Below are positions 8,192-15,680 of a stretch of 32,000 nucleotides of DNA, one piece after another. The DNA is taken from positions 1,590,001 to 1,622,000 of the forward strand of contig NC_008698.1 of assembly GCF_000015225.1 (NCBI RefSeq). Reading direction: 5' to 3'. The notes under the pieces were generated by a model. It saw nothing but the letters and a program-made list of their open reading frames with translations. It did not search any database and was not told the origin of the DNA. Every line of letters begins with the position of its first letter. Position 1 is the first letter of the stretch. The position numbers were made by a program, and so were the translations under genes. Source of the stretch: Thermofilum pendens Hrk 5 (GTDB taxonomy: Archaea; Thermoproteota; Thermoprotei; Thermofilales; Thermofilaceae).

Positions 8192-9064
8192 ATGCCGTTC
8201 GCGGAGTACGCCTTGGACGAGCTGTTTGACTCGGAGCTCTACAGGAGGCTGGCGGGCATAGAGAAGAACCCGGCGAACAGGGAGATCCTCGAGAAGCTTT
8301 CACAGCAGGAGAGAAGCCACTACGAGTTCTGGTCGAGGTTCTCGGGGAGCGTCGAGCTCGGAAGGTGGGACCGCCTGAAGCTAGCCTTCCTAGTCCTCTC
8401 GTCGAGGATTCTGGGAAAAGTGTTCATAATCAAGTTTCTCGAGAGGCACGAGGGGAGGGTGGTCGAGGAGTACGTAAGGGTGCTCGAGTCCGCCGGGCTC
8501 TCCGAGGAGCAGAGAGAGGCGTTGAAGGGGATAATAGAGGACGAGAAGTACCACGAGGAGGCGCTCGCCTCGCAGATAGACGAGTTCGCTGTCAGGCACC
8601 TGGGCGCCATGGCTCTCGGCATGTCCGACGCCATCATAGAGCTTTCAGGCGTCCACGCGGGGTTCCTCGGCTACACTTCTTCGCCGATCTACACGGGGAT
8701 TTCGGGCCTGATAGTCGGTATAAGCGCCTCGATGTCCATGGCGGCCGCGGCTTACCTGCAGGCAAAGCAGGAGAAGGGTAAGAGCCCGGCTGTAAACGCG
8801 CTGGTAACGGGGCTAATGTACATGTTGACAGTGGTTATGCTCACATCCCCCTTCTTCCTCGTACCCTCGGTGGCAACCGCGCTAGCCGCGTCCGTCGCGC
8901 TAGCCGTAGCCGCCCTCGCGGCGTTCTCGTACTTCAGCTCGGTCATCCTCGGGGGCAACTTCCTGAGAGAGTTCCTCGAAAACACCTCCATAGTATTCCT
9001 CGTGGTGCTCGTAGGCTACCTCTTCGGCTCTCTCGTAGAGAGAGTGTTTGGCTTCAGGCCTTAA
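8192..9064 (+). CDS. VIT1/CCC1-family iron/manganese transporter with an N-terminal ferritin-like domain
   Basis: Two ExxH metal-binding motifs are present (QQERSHYEFW and DEKYHEEAL), followed by the VIT1-type membrane domain (MALGMSDAIIELSGVHAGFLG plus 4-5 TM helices). I moved the start from the track's 8081, which overlaps pfkB, to ATG 8192, downstream of the TATA-like GGTTTTTATC. Confidence 0.8.
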   Translation: MPFAEYALDELFDSELYRRLAGIEKNPANREILEKLSQQERSHYEFWSRFSGSVELGRWDRLKLAFLVLSSRILGKVFIIKFLERHEGRVVEEYVRVLESAGLSEEQREALKGIIEDEKYHEEALASQIDEFAVRHLGAMALGMSDAIIELSGVHAGFLGYTSSPIYTGISGLIVGISASMSMAAAAYLQAKQEKGKSPAVNALVTGLMYMLTVVMLTSPFFLVPSVATALAASVALAVAALAAFSYFSSVILGGNFLREFLENTSIVFLVVLVGYLFGSLVERVFGFRP

Positions 9065-9072
9065 CGCGCCGT

Positions 9073-9489
9073 ATGGAGGAACTGAAGATAGACTGCCGGG
9101 TAAACGGCAGGCTGTGCGGCAAGTGTTGCTACAAGGCGGTAGTACCCCTAACGCGCAGGGACATCGAGCGGATAACCTCCAGGGGCTACAGGTTCGAGGA
9201 CTTCGCTGAGTACAGGGCGGGCGTACCCGTACTGAAAAACGTCGACTCCCACTGCGTCTTCCTCGACCCCACCACCAACGCCTGCACCATATACGAGGAC
9301 CGGCCTACGGCGTGCCGGCTCTACCCGCTGGCGTACAGCCCTAAGCTCTGGGTACACGTCGACCCTGCGTGCCCGAAGGCCGGAGAGGTGCCGAAAGAGG
9401 CCGTCGTGCGCCTAGCCTCCCGCGTCCTCGACTACTACGAAGAAGTAAAAAGGGACTGGCTACTCGACTCTCAGTACGAGTCGACGTGA
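9073..9489 (+). CDS. YkgJ/UPF0153-family cysteine-cluster (putative Fe-S/Zn-binding) protein
   Basis: The 138-aa product has the N-terminal cluster CRVNGRLCGKCC, then HCVFLD, NACTIYEDRPTACRLYP and a C-terminal PACP. The gene starts 8 nt after the VIT1 stop. Confidence 0.7.
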   Translation: MEELKIDCRVNGRLCGKCCYKAVVPLTRRDIERITSRGYRFEDFAEYRAGVPVLKNVDSHCVFLDPTTNACTIYEDRPTACRLYPLAYSPKLWVHVDPACPKAGEVPKEAVVRLASRVLDYYEEVKRDWLLDSQYEST

Positions 9490-9986
9490 ACAAGCTCCTC
9501 TAGGCTCCGCCTAGGCCTCGGCGGCGGCGACTCCGCCGGGAAGCCTACGGGGAATATCGCGACGGGGAACAGGTGCGGCGGGGCGTTGACTATCCGCCTA
9601 ATCTCCTCCGCTTGCTCCAGGGTGTAGATCCAGACCGTCGAGAGGCCTAGGCAGTGCAGCGCGAGCCAAAGGTACGTAGCCACTATGGCGCCGTCGACGA
9701 GGTGGGACTTCGGGGAAACCTTCTCGTCCGAGAACACTATTATCGCGACCTTCGAGTTCGCTATGGGCTTCGACCACCTGTGTATCTTTGCGAGCTTCTC
9801 CAGCTTCTCCCGGTCTTTGACTACTAGGAAGCTCCACGGCTGGGCGTTGTGTGCGCTGGGAGCAAACCTCGCGATGTCTATTGCCCTGTAGATCAGCTCG
9901 TCTGGGACCGGCTCGTCTGAGAACTTCCTCACGCTCCTCCTGGACAGAAGGAAATCTGCGCACGGGAGCTTTTCTGCTGTACTCAC
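9471..9986 (-). CDS. Nitroreductase family (FMN-dependent) oxidoreductase
   Basis: The product contains LLSRRSVRKFSDEPVP and ARFAPSAHNAQPWSFLVV, which are classic nitroreductase signatures. I placed the start at GTG 9986 rather than the track's 10055, because a minus-strand TATA box (ATATATT, 10009-10015) lies about 28 nt upstream of 9986. Confidence 0.85.
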   Translation of the reverse strand: MSTAEKLPCADFLLSRRSVRKFSDEPVPDELIYRAIDIARFAPSAHNAQPWSFLVVKDREKLEKLAKIHRWSKPIANSKVAIIVFSDEKVSPKSHLVDGAIVATYLWLALHCLGLSTVWIYTLEQAEEIRRIVNAPPHLFPVAIFPVGFPAESPPPRPRRSLEELVHVDSY

Positions 9987-10072
9987 ACTTCGACAACTTC
10001 GTCTAAGAATATATCTACTTTTTGCTGTTCGAATCCGAAACGCGTATATATTCACGGGTTGTACGCGTAACC
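9987..10072. promoter_or_regulatory. Divergent promoter region with back-to-back TATA boxes
   Basis: The minus-strand box ATATATT (10009-10015) serves the nitroreductase GTG at 9986. The plus-strand box TATATATT (10045-10052) serves the MFS GTG at 10073. Each box is about 27-29 nt from its start codon, consistent with leaderless transcripts. Confidence 0.5.
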
Positions 10073-11239
10073 GTGCCGGAGAAAGACGGGAAGCCGGGGA
10101 TAAGGAACGTCTACGCGCTGGGCTTCGTCAGCCTCTTCACCGATGTTTCAACGGAGATGATTAACGGCTACCTCCCCGTGTTCCTCGTCCAGGAGCTTGG
10201 GGCTACCCGCGCGCTACTCGGGCTCATCGAGGGTATCGGAGAGCTCGCGAACTACTTCTTCAGGCTCGTGAGCGGGTACATATCCGACAGACTTGGACGT
10301 AGAAAAGCGCTCGTGTTCGCCGGCTACTCCCTGAGCGCGGTCTCGAAGCCGCTGTTCGCGTTCGCCCATAGCCCTTGGGACGCACTGGTCGTAAAAGCCC
10401 TCGACCGCACAGGTAAGGGTATCAGAACCTCGCCGCGTGACGCCTTGATAAGCCAGTCCATAGACGAGGAATCCTCTGGGAAAGCCTTCGGGCTTCACAG
10501 AACGATCGACCAGAGTGGAGCCATGATAGGTCCCCTCCTCGCAACGCTACTATTGCCGCTCATAGGGCCGAGGAACCTCTTCCTAGTCTCCTTCATTCCC
10601 GCGGTGATCGCCCTGGCTATACTGCTAGCCTTCGTCGTAGACGTGAAGACGGAGAGCAGGGAGGCCAGGATCCTTAAAGGCGCAAGACAGGTGCTGGGCA
10701 ACAAGAGGCTGCTACTCGTGCTCGCCGCTTTCGCCGTGATGGGCCTCGGATACTACGACTTCTCCTTCCTGCTCGTGAGGTCAAGGGAGGTGGGCGTAGC
10801 CGCCGACCTGGTACCCCTAGTCTACCTTGCCATAAACCTGTTCCACACGGCCGTAGGCTACCCCTCAGGCGTACTCTCGGACAGGGTAGGCAAGGAGAAG
10901 GTCCTCGTAGGCTCCCTAGTCTTCTTCGCCCTCGCGTCGATAGCCCTCGCGAGGACGGAGAACCTTGCGGGCTTCGCCGTAGCAGTCGTACTCTACGGGG
11001 TGTTCTTCGGGAGCTACGAGACAGTCTCCAGGGCTATCCTGCCGAGGTTTGCTCCTCCAGAGCTTCGGGGAACCGTGTACGGCGTCTTCTACATAGCCAC
11101 GGGTCTCGCAACCTTAGCCGGTATGACCGTCGTAGGCTACCTGTGGGACACTGCGGGCAGGGCGGTAGCGTTCACCTACAGCGCAACTCTCTCGCTGATC
11201 GCCGCGCTACTCTTCGCTTACTCCACTCGCATAAGCTAA
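10073..11239 (+). CDS. MFS transporter
   Basis: The product has about 12 predicted hydrophobic helices and the motif A GYISDRLGRRK. The track's ORF begins at TTG 10022, but I prefer the in-frame GTG at 10073, about 27 nt downstream of the TATA box. Confidence 0.85.
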   Translation: MPEKDGKPGIRNVYALGFVSLFTDVSTEMINGYLPVFLVQELGATRALLGLIEGIGELANYFFRLVSGYISDRLGRRKALVFAGYSLSAVSKPLFAFAHSPWDALVVKALDRTGKGIRTSPRDALISQSIDEESSGKAFGLHRTIDQSGAMIGPLLATLLLPLIGPRNLFLVSFIPAVIALAILLAFVVDVKTESREARILKGARQVLGNKRLLLVLAAFAVMGLGYYDFSFLLVRSREVGVAADLVPLVYLAINLFHTAVGYPSGVLSDRVGKEKVLVGSLVFFALASIALARTENLAGFAVAVVLYGVFFGSYETVSRAILPRFAPPELRGTVYGVFYIATGLATLAGMTVVGYLWDTAGRAVAFTYSATLSLIAALLFAYSTRIS

Positions 11240-11323
11240 ACGCTCAGCCAGCTTAGAAAAATGCAGAGCCCCCCGCGAAGCTCGCGCGACAATGCTTTTT
11301 AGCCTCTCCGCAGTTACTAGCTC

Positions 11324-12565
11324 GTGAACGTATACGCGGTAGCCTTCGCCTCGAGGATCCACGGGGAGGGCTACTACAGGCAGGCGTACAGCTACGTTTC
11401 GAGCGTTCTCCGCGTACCCGTCTACCCCGAGGTGGTCGCGGAGCGCGACACCTTGAAGAAAGCCGTCGAGGAGCTTAGGGGCTCCCTCCCCTTAGCCGTA
11501 GTCTTAACCGGCGGGACCAGCGGGTTGATACAGGAGTTCGCCTCGGAAGGAGGCTTCAGGGCTGTGGCGCTATTAGCGCAGGGCGAGCACAACAGCCTAG
11601 CCTCGGCGATCTCTGCGAGAGCGGCTCTCGAATCCAGGGGGGTCGGTGTAGCTCTCTTCCACTGCGGCTCCTTCTCGGACGGCAACTGCGCCGCCGCGGC
11701 GAGCGCGGCTGTCAGAGTTGCCCGAGGAGCAGGCCGGGTTCTGGGGGCGAGGGTGGGCGTGGTGGGCTCTAAGCCTCGCTACGCGGATGTCTTCTCGTCG
11801 AGGCTCGGCTGGACTATCGAAGTGGTGCCCGCCGAGGAGCTTTTCTCCGCCGCAGAGTCCGCTCCCAGAGAGGCTGTGGAGTCCTTCCTTTCCAGGGTGT
11901 CGGGGGTCCCGGGCTTCGAGTTGTACCGCTCAAGCCTCGAGCACGTCGGCGGGGTGTACTACGCGTTGAGGAGGCTCTCCGAGGAGAAAAGGCTCGACGC
12001 GGTCGCCGTTGACTGCTTCCCCTACCTCGTAGAGCACCGCGTATCCCCCTGCGTTGCGCTGGCGCTCCTGAACGCGGACGGCTTCGCGGCGGCCTGCGAG
12101 GCTGACCTCTACTCGGCGCTCTTAATGCTCGTCTCAAGGGAGCTTACAGGGTCCTCGGGGTGGATAGCCAACGCTACGCACTTCGAGGGCAGGGTCGGGG
12201 TCTTCTCTCACTGCACGATAGCGTTCGACATCGCCAGGGCTCCCAGCCTGGTAGACCACTTCGAGAGCGGCTACCCGGTAGCAGTGGCGTCCCAGCTTCA
12301 GCCCGGTGAGGTAACGGTGGCCTCGCTTTCACGGGACCTCTCGGAGGTCTACGTAGCTAGGGGCAGGGTGGTGCGCTCTGGCTTTATCAGCCGAGCGATG
12401 TGCAGGACGCAGGCACACGTGGAGTTCGACTTCGACGCGGAGGTAATCCCGCTGGTGGCACCCGCGAACCACCACCTCGTAATGCCCGGCGACGTCGTAA
12501 GGGAGGTTAAAAGCGTCTCGAAGCTCCTCGGGCTACGCGTCAAGGAGTACTCAAAGGAGGCTTGA
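11324..12565 (+). CDS. L-fucose/L-arabinose isomerase-like family protein (uncharacterised sugar isomerase-like)
   Basis: The 413-aa product contains AACEADLYSALLML and the C-terminal PANHHLVMPGDVVREV...LGL. These resemble the CE.D and HH..h.Gd patterns of FucI/AraA-like (COG2407-type) proteins. The start is GTG, about 25 nt after the TATA-like AATGCTTTTTAGC. Confidence 0.5.
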   Translation: MNVYAVAFASRIHGEGYYRQAYSYVSSVLRVPVYPEVVAERDTLKKAVEELRGSLPLAVVLTGGTSGLIQEFASEGGFRAVALLAQGEHNSLASAISARAALESRGVGVALFHCGSFSDGNCAAAASAAVRVARGAGRVLGARVGVVGSKPRYADVFSSRLGWTIEVVPAEELFSAAESAPREAVESFLSRVSGVPGFELYRSSLEHVGGVYYALRRLSEEKRLDAVAVDCFPYLVEHRVSPCVALALLNADGFAAACEADLYSALLMLVSRELTGSSGWIANATHFEGRVGVFSHCTIAFDIARAPSLVDHFESGYPVAVASQLQPGEVTVASLSRDLSEVYVARGRVVRSGFISRAMCRTQAHVEFDFDAEVIPLVAPANHHLVMPGDVVREVKSVSKLLGLRVKEYSKEA

Positions 12566-12570
12566 AAACG

Positions 12571-12619
12571 TCAGTCCATGAATGGTCTTTCACTGCTCAA
12601 CACTCGGCAAAGTCATCAT
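12571..12619 (-). ncRNA. Candidate archaeal C/D box sRNA (2'-O-methylation guide)
   Basis: Read on the minus strand, the elements are: C box AUGAUGA (12619-12613), a 12-nt guide CUUUGCCGAGUG, D' UUGA, a 3-nt loop, a degenerate C' GUGAAAG, a 12-nt guide ACCAUUCAUGGA, and D box CUGA (12574-12571). This gives the canonical 7-12-4-3-7-12-4 architecture of 49 nt. A TATA box (ATATATA) begins 31 nt upstream of the C box. A UUUU tract follows 2 nt after the D box. The element is intergenic. Confidence 0.55.
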
Positions 12620-12643
12620 CCTGGTACTCTCGGCGCTTGCGAG

Positions 12644-12650
12644 TATATAT
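12644..12650 (-). promoter_or_regulatory. TATA box (ATATATA on the minus strand) for the candidate C/D sRNA
   Basis: The spacing predicts a transcription start 3-5 nt upstream of the C box. Confidence 0.45.
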
Positions 12651-12671
12651 CCTTAACGGCTATAGGCAAGC

Positions 12672-12678
12672 TTTTAAA
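12672..12678 (+). promoter_or_regulatory. TATA box (TTTTAAA) within AAGCTTTTAAAGGGG, for the half-ferritin gene
   Basis: The box ends 22 nt upstream of the ATG at 12700, which predicts a leaderless mRNA. Confidence 0.5.
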
Positions 12679-12699
12679 GGGGCAACGCGAACTTAGATT

Positions 12700-12990
12700 A
12701 TGCTCGCGAAAAACCCATTGGAAGTTCCGCCCGGCAGGAAGTTCTCTAAGGAGGAGCTCGCCCAGGCAGTCAGGCTCTCCATAATCGCCGAGCTCGACGC
12801 GGTAAACCTCTACCTCCAGCTTGCAAACGCTACGGACGATCCTCTCGCGAGGAAAGTCTTCGAGGACATAGCCCGCGAAGAGAAGACGCATGTAGGAGAG
12901 TTCCTCTCGCTACTCGAGAGGCTCGACCCAGAGCAAGTAAAGGAGTTGGAGAAGGGTAAGAAGGAGGTTCTAGAGCTCGAGGAGCGCTAG
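12700..12990 (+). CDS. Small ferritin-like (half-ferritin, EncFtn/rubrerythrin-like) protein
   Basis: The 96-aa product is a single two-helix unit carrying one E...ExxH set (IIAELDAVNLY and AREEKTHVGEF). This is the pattern of proteins that build a di-iron site across a dimer interface. Confidence 0.65.
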   Translation: MLAKNPLEVPPGRKFSKEELAQAVRLSIIAELDAVNLYLQLANATDDPLARKVFEDIAREEKTHVGEFLSLLERLDPEQVKELEKGKKEVLELEER

Positions 12991-13007
12991 GAGCCCCGCT
13001 ACGCGGG

Positions 13008-13466
13008 CTACCCCCGAAGCCTCAGCGTGTAGACTCCCAGTGTACACGGCCCGCCCTGCAGGTCCGCGGATAGTGCTTTAACCGAGGCGACCACGTCTCC
13101 CCTGCCCAGAATCTCGTCGAGGCTCATCCAAGCCACTTCCTCCACGTCTCCCCCGGCCCTCGGGGAGCCCTCCAGGCTCTCCTCGTCGAACAAGACGCTC
13201 AGTATCACGTAGTGGTGCTTGACCCTGCCTCCATCAGTGTGTATAACCTCTGTGACGCCGACCACGCCCAGAGGGTTAGCGGACAGCCCGGTCTCCTCGT
13301 ACAGCTCCCGCTTAGCCGCGTCGAACACCCCTTCCCCAGCCTCTATGACGCCGCCCGGGAAAGCCCAAAGCCCCCTGCCGGGGTCCTTCCCGCGCTTAAC
13401 GAGGAGGAACTTTCCTCCCTTTTTAACCACGCAACTAACCGCGGCCACCGCGTGCGCCGGGTACAC
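13008..13466 (-). CDS. Nudix hydrolase (ADP-ribose pyrophosphatase-like)
   Basis: A perfect Nudix box GX5EX7REUXEEXGU is present in GVIEAGEGVFDAAKRELYEETGL. The start is GTG, with a TTATTA box about 27 nt upstream. Confidence 0.9.
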   Translation of the reverse strand: MYPAHAVAAVSCVVKKGGKFLLVKRGKDPGRGLWAFPGGVIEAGEGVFDAAKRELYEETGLSANPLGVVGVTEVIHTDGGRVKHHYVILSVLFDEESLEGSPRAGGDVEEVAWMSLDEILGRGDVVASVKALSADLQGGPCTLGVYTLRLRG

Positions 13467-13507
13467 GTCTACTCGTCGAGCCAGACCCTAATAACCGTTG
13501 CTTCTGG

Positions 13508-13533
13508 AAAAGCCTTAAAAGGTTAAGGCTTTT
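13508..13533. repeat. Perfect 11-bp inverted repeat AAAAGCCTTAA-AAGG-TTAAGGCTTTT in a divergent intergenic region
   Basis: I read the repeat directly from the sequence. The arms are at 13508-13518 and 13523-13533. It overlaps the TATA-like TTAAAA about 30 nt upstream of the ATG at 13547. Confidence 0.7.
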
Positions 13534-13546
13534 TACACTACGCGGG

Positions 13547-14209
13547 ATGCCCGTAGTACTGAGGGGTCCCAGGCTCAGGTTGGCGCGGTTGAAGCTCTCG
13601 GAGAAGCTTCTAGACCTCGGCGAGGAGATTCGCGGCGTCTACGTTCCGTACCCCAGGGAGATGGAGCGTGTCGTTAACCTCTACGCGCGCGGCGAGGTAG
13701 GCTGGGACAGGGTGGTCGAGGAGGCGAGGAGGGGTATGCCGGAGTTCTACAGGGGCTGGCTCTGGGTGGAGGAGCCACTGATCAGGTCCCTCCGGGTGCT
13801 CGGGGCGCGCGTAGCCTGCTACGGGGACAAGCTCGAGGGGCTTTACCGTAGCGCGGGAGAGTTCCTGTCGGCGCTGCTCAGGGTTAGGGTTACCGGGGAG
13901 GTTAGGCTGGAGGAGTGGAGGAAGCTTCTCTCAAGGAGTGAGGTCCCGGTGCGCGAGGGGTACGTGACGGTCTCCAGCTTCAGCGTCCCCGGTGCGACGA
14001 ACGTGGACGTCTGGGGGCTCCCGTATCCCCCCACGGACGAGCCGGACGTGGGCTCCGAGGGCTGGGTGAGGGAGCTCGTGGAGTACGTCTTCGACTACCT
14101 GGTTACCAGCAGGAATGTCGACGAAGCGTACGTGAAGTGGCTCAGGGAGAGGCGCGGCGTGAGGGCAAGGGAGCTAGAGGAGATGCTGAGCATTCTCCCG
14201 GGCGATTAG
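13547..14209 (+). CDS. Hypothetical protein (220 aa, soluble, no recognisable domain)
   Basis: This is a long ORF with composition typical of the window's genes and with its own promoter-like element. I recognise no motif in it. Confidence 0.55.
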   Translation: MPVVLRGPRLRLARLKLSEKLLDLGEEIRGVYVPYPREMERVVNLYARGEVGWDRVVEEARRGMPEFYRGWLWVEEPLIRSLRVLGARVACYGDKLEGLYRSAGEFLSALLRVRVTGEVRLEEWRKLLSRSEVPVREGYVTVSSFSVPGATNVDVWGLPYPPTDEPDVGSEGWVRELVEYVFDYLVTSRNVDEAYVKWLRERRGVRARELEEMLSILPGD

Positions 14210-14309
14210 CGCGCGACTCTCAAAGAATTGCTGAAAGTACTCCCGGCTCTCCTTCGAGTGCGCGCGATATGGTTTTAATACGCCGGTGCGCGCTATTTAC
14301 CCGAGACGT

Positions 14310-15644
14310 ATGGGTTTGCCGTTTCAGCGAGACTACGAGGACATAGAGAGGCGTGGAGCCCCGGTCACGCTTGGAATAATACTCGTAAACGTGGCGGTCT
14401 ACCTCGTGTCGAGCTACGAGAACGGCTTCCTCGCGGTCTCCGACGCCTGGGTTAACGCGTTCGCGTTTGTCCCAGCGTACTTCGCGAGGCCCGAGCACCT
14501 CTACAGGCTCTTCACTTCGATGTTCCTGCACGCCAACCTGGCGCACATATTCTTCAACATGCTTTACCTCTACACGTTCGGGAAGAGCGTCGAGGCAGTC
14601 CTCGGTAGCGAGAGGTACTTCCTGCTTTACTTCGCGAGCGGTATCCTTGCGAGCGTCTTCCACACGGCGTTCCTACCCATAGAGGGCGCGAGCTCGGCTT
14701 TCGTGCCGGCCCTCGGTGCCAGCGGTGCTATAAGCGGGGTTCTAGGCGCGTACCTCCTGCTGTTCCCGGGGACCAGGCTCACGATGTGCTTCTTTTACGT
14801 ATTCATCCCGCTATGCTTCACCATGAAAGCGGCGGCTTACCTCGTGTTCTGGTTCGCGCTACAGATACTGCAGGGGTTCCTGGGGGCTAGCCTCGGCGTC
14901 GCGGTATTCGCGCACGCAGGGGGGTTTATAGGCGGGCTCGCGCTACTTCCGGTGCTCGTCAGCGAGGAGAGGATAGGGCTGCTCAGGCTGTACTCTTCGA
15001 TGCACTACTTCTTCAGGAACATATTCTTCACTGAGAGGGGCTTCACGAGGCTCAGCAAGGCAGTCGTAGCGGTGCTGATAGGGCTCGTCGCGGCCGCGGC
15101 AGTCTACTCGGCTGTAGAGGCGGAGACCACGGGGGGTGTGAACAAGGTGTTAACGGTGAGCGTCACGGGTAGAGGCGTCAACGATTCTGAAAGCGTGATA
15201 ATCCAGCTCCAGCCGGGCGGAGTCCTGGACGTCACCCCCATATCGAGTAGCGGCGTGAGGGTCGTTGTAAACCGCCTCAGGGCTGCCAACCTCCTCTACA
15301 ACAGCCAGGCCGCCGGAAAGAGTATCTCCGTGGATAAAAGCCTGAGGGGAGTCGTCAACGGCTTACCCGTCGAGATAACGATAAAGGCTAACCTCTCGTT
15401 CGACTCCTACGGGTTGCTAGACAGGGGGCAGGGCCACGTGACCACCGACGTCCTCGCCTGCGATGCCTACGGCAGGTGCACCGTTTCGGGTAAGGGTAGC
15501 TACGACTTCTCCGTGAGCAGCGAGGCCACGATGGCGGGCTTCAAGGGGATACCCATAGCGGAGCTAGCCCTTCTCTCGCTGGCTTCGAGCCTGGCCGCCG
15601 TGGTCAACGTTCTTAGGGCGGAGAGGTACGCGATAGTAGAGTAG
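14310..15644 (+). CDS. Rhomboid-family intramembrane serine protease with a C-terminal extension of about 220 aa (extra TM, beta-rich domain, terminal TM)
   Basis: Rhomboid motifs are present: HANLAHIFFNMLYLYTFG, the catalytic Ser in GASGAISGVLGAY, and the catalytic His in FAHAGGFIGG. I prefer ATG 14310, about 33 nt after the TATA-like GGTTTTAATA, over the track's GTG at 14286. Confidence 0.85.
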   Translation: MGLPFQRDYEDIERRGAPVTLGIILVNVAVYLVSSYENGFLAVSDAWVNAFAFVPAYFARPEHLYRLFTSMFLHANLAHIFFNMLYLYTFGKSVEAVLGSERYFLLYFASGILASVFHTAFLPIEGASSAFVPALGASGAISGVLGAYLLLFPGTRLTMCFFYVFIPLCFTMKAAAYLVFWFALQILQGFLGASLGVAVFAHAGGFIGGLALLPVLVSEERIGLLRLYSSMHYFFRNIFFTERGFTRLSKAVVAVLIGLVAAAAVYSAVEAETTGGVNKVLTVSVTGRGVNDSESVIIQLQPGGVLDVTPISSSGVRVVVNRLRAANLLYNSQAAGKSISVDKSLRGVVNGLPVEITIKANLSFDSYGLLDRGQGHVTTDVLACDAYGRCTVSGKGSYDFSVSSEATMAGFKGIPIAELALLSLASSLAAVVNVLRAERYAIVE

Positions 15645-15680
15645 AAAGATATTTGAGTGCTGTGTTCTACGCTCTCGGGG

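Noticed and set aside
14210-14262. A long-range inverted repeat, GCGCGCGACTC ... GAGTGCGCGC, after the orphan gene at 13547-14209
   Set aside because: The repeat is imperfect (one extra base) and consists of GC-rich simple sequence with a loop of about 35 nt. That is not enough to call a regulatory or terminator structure.
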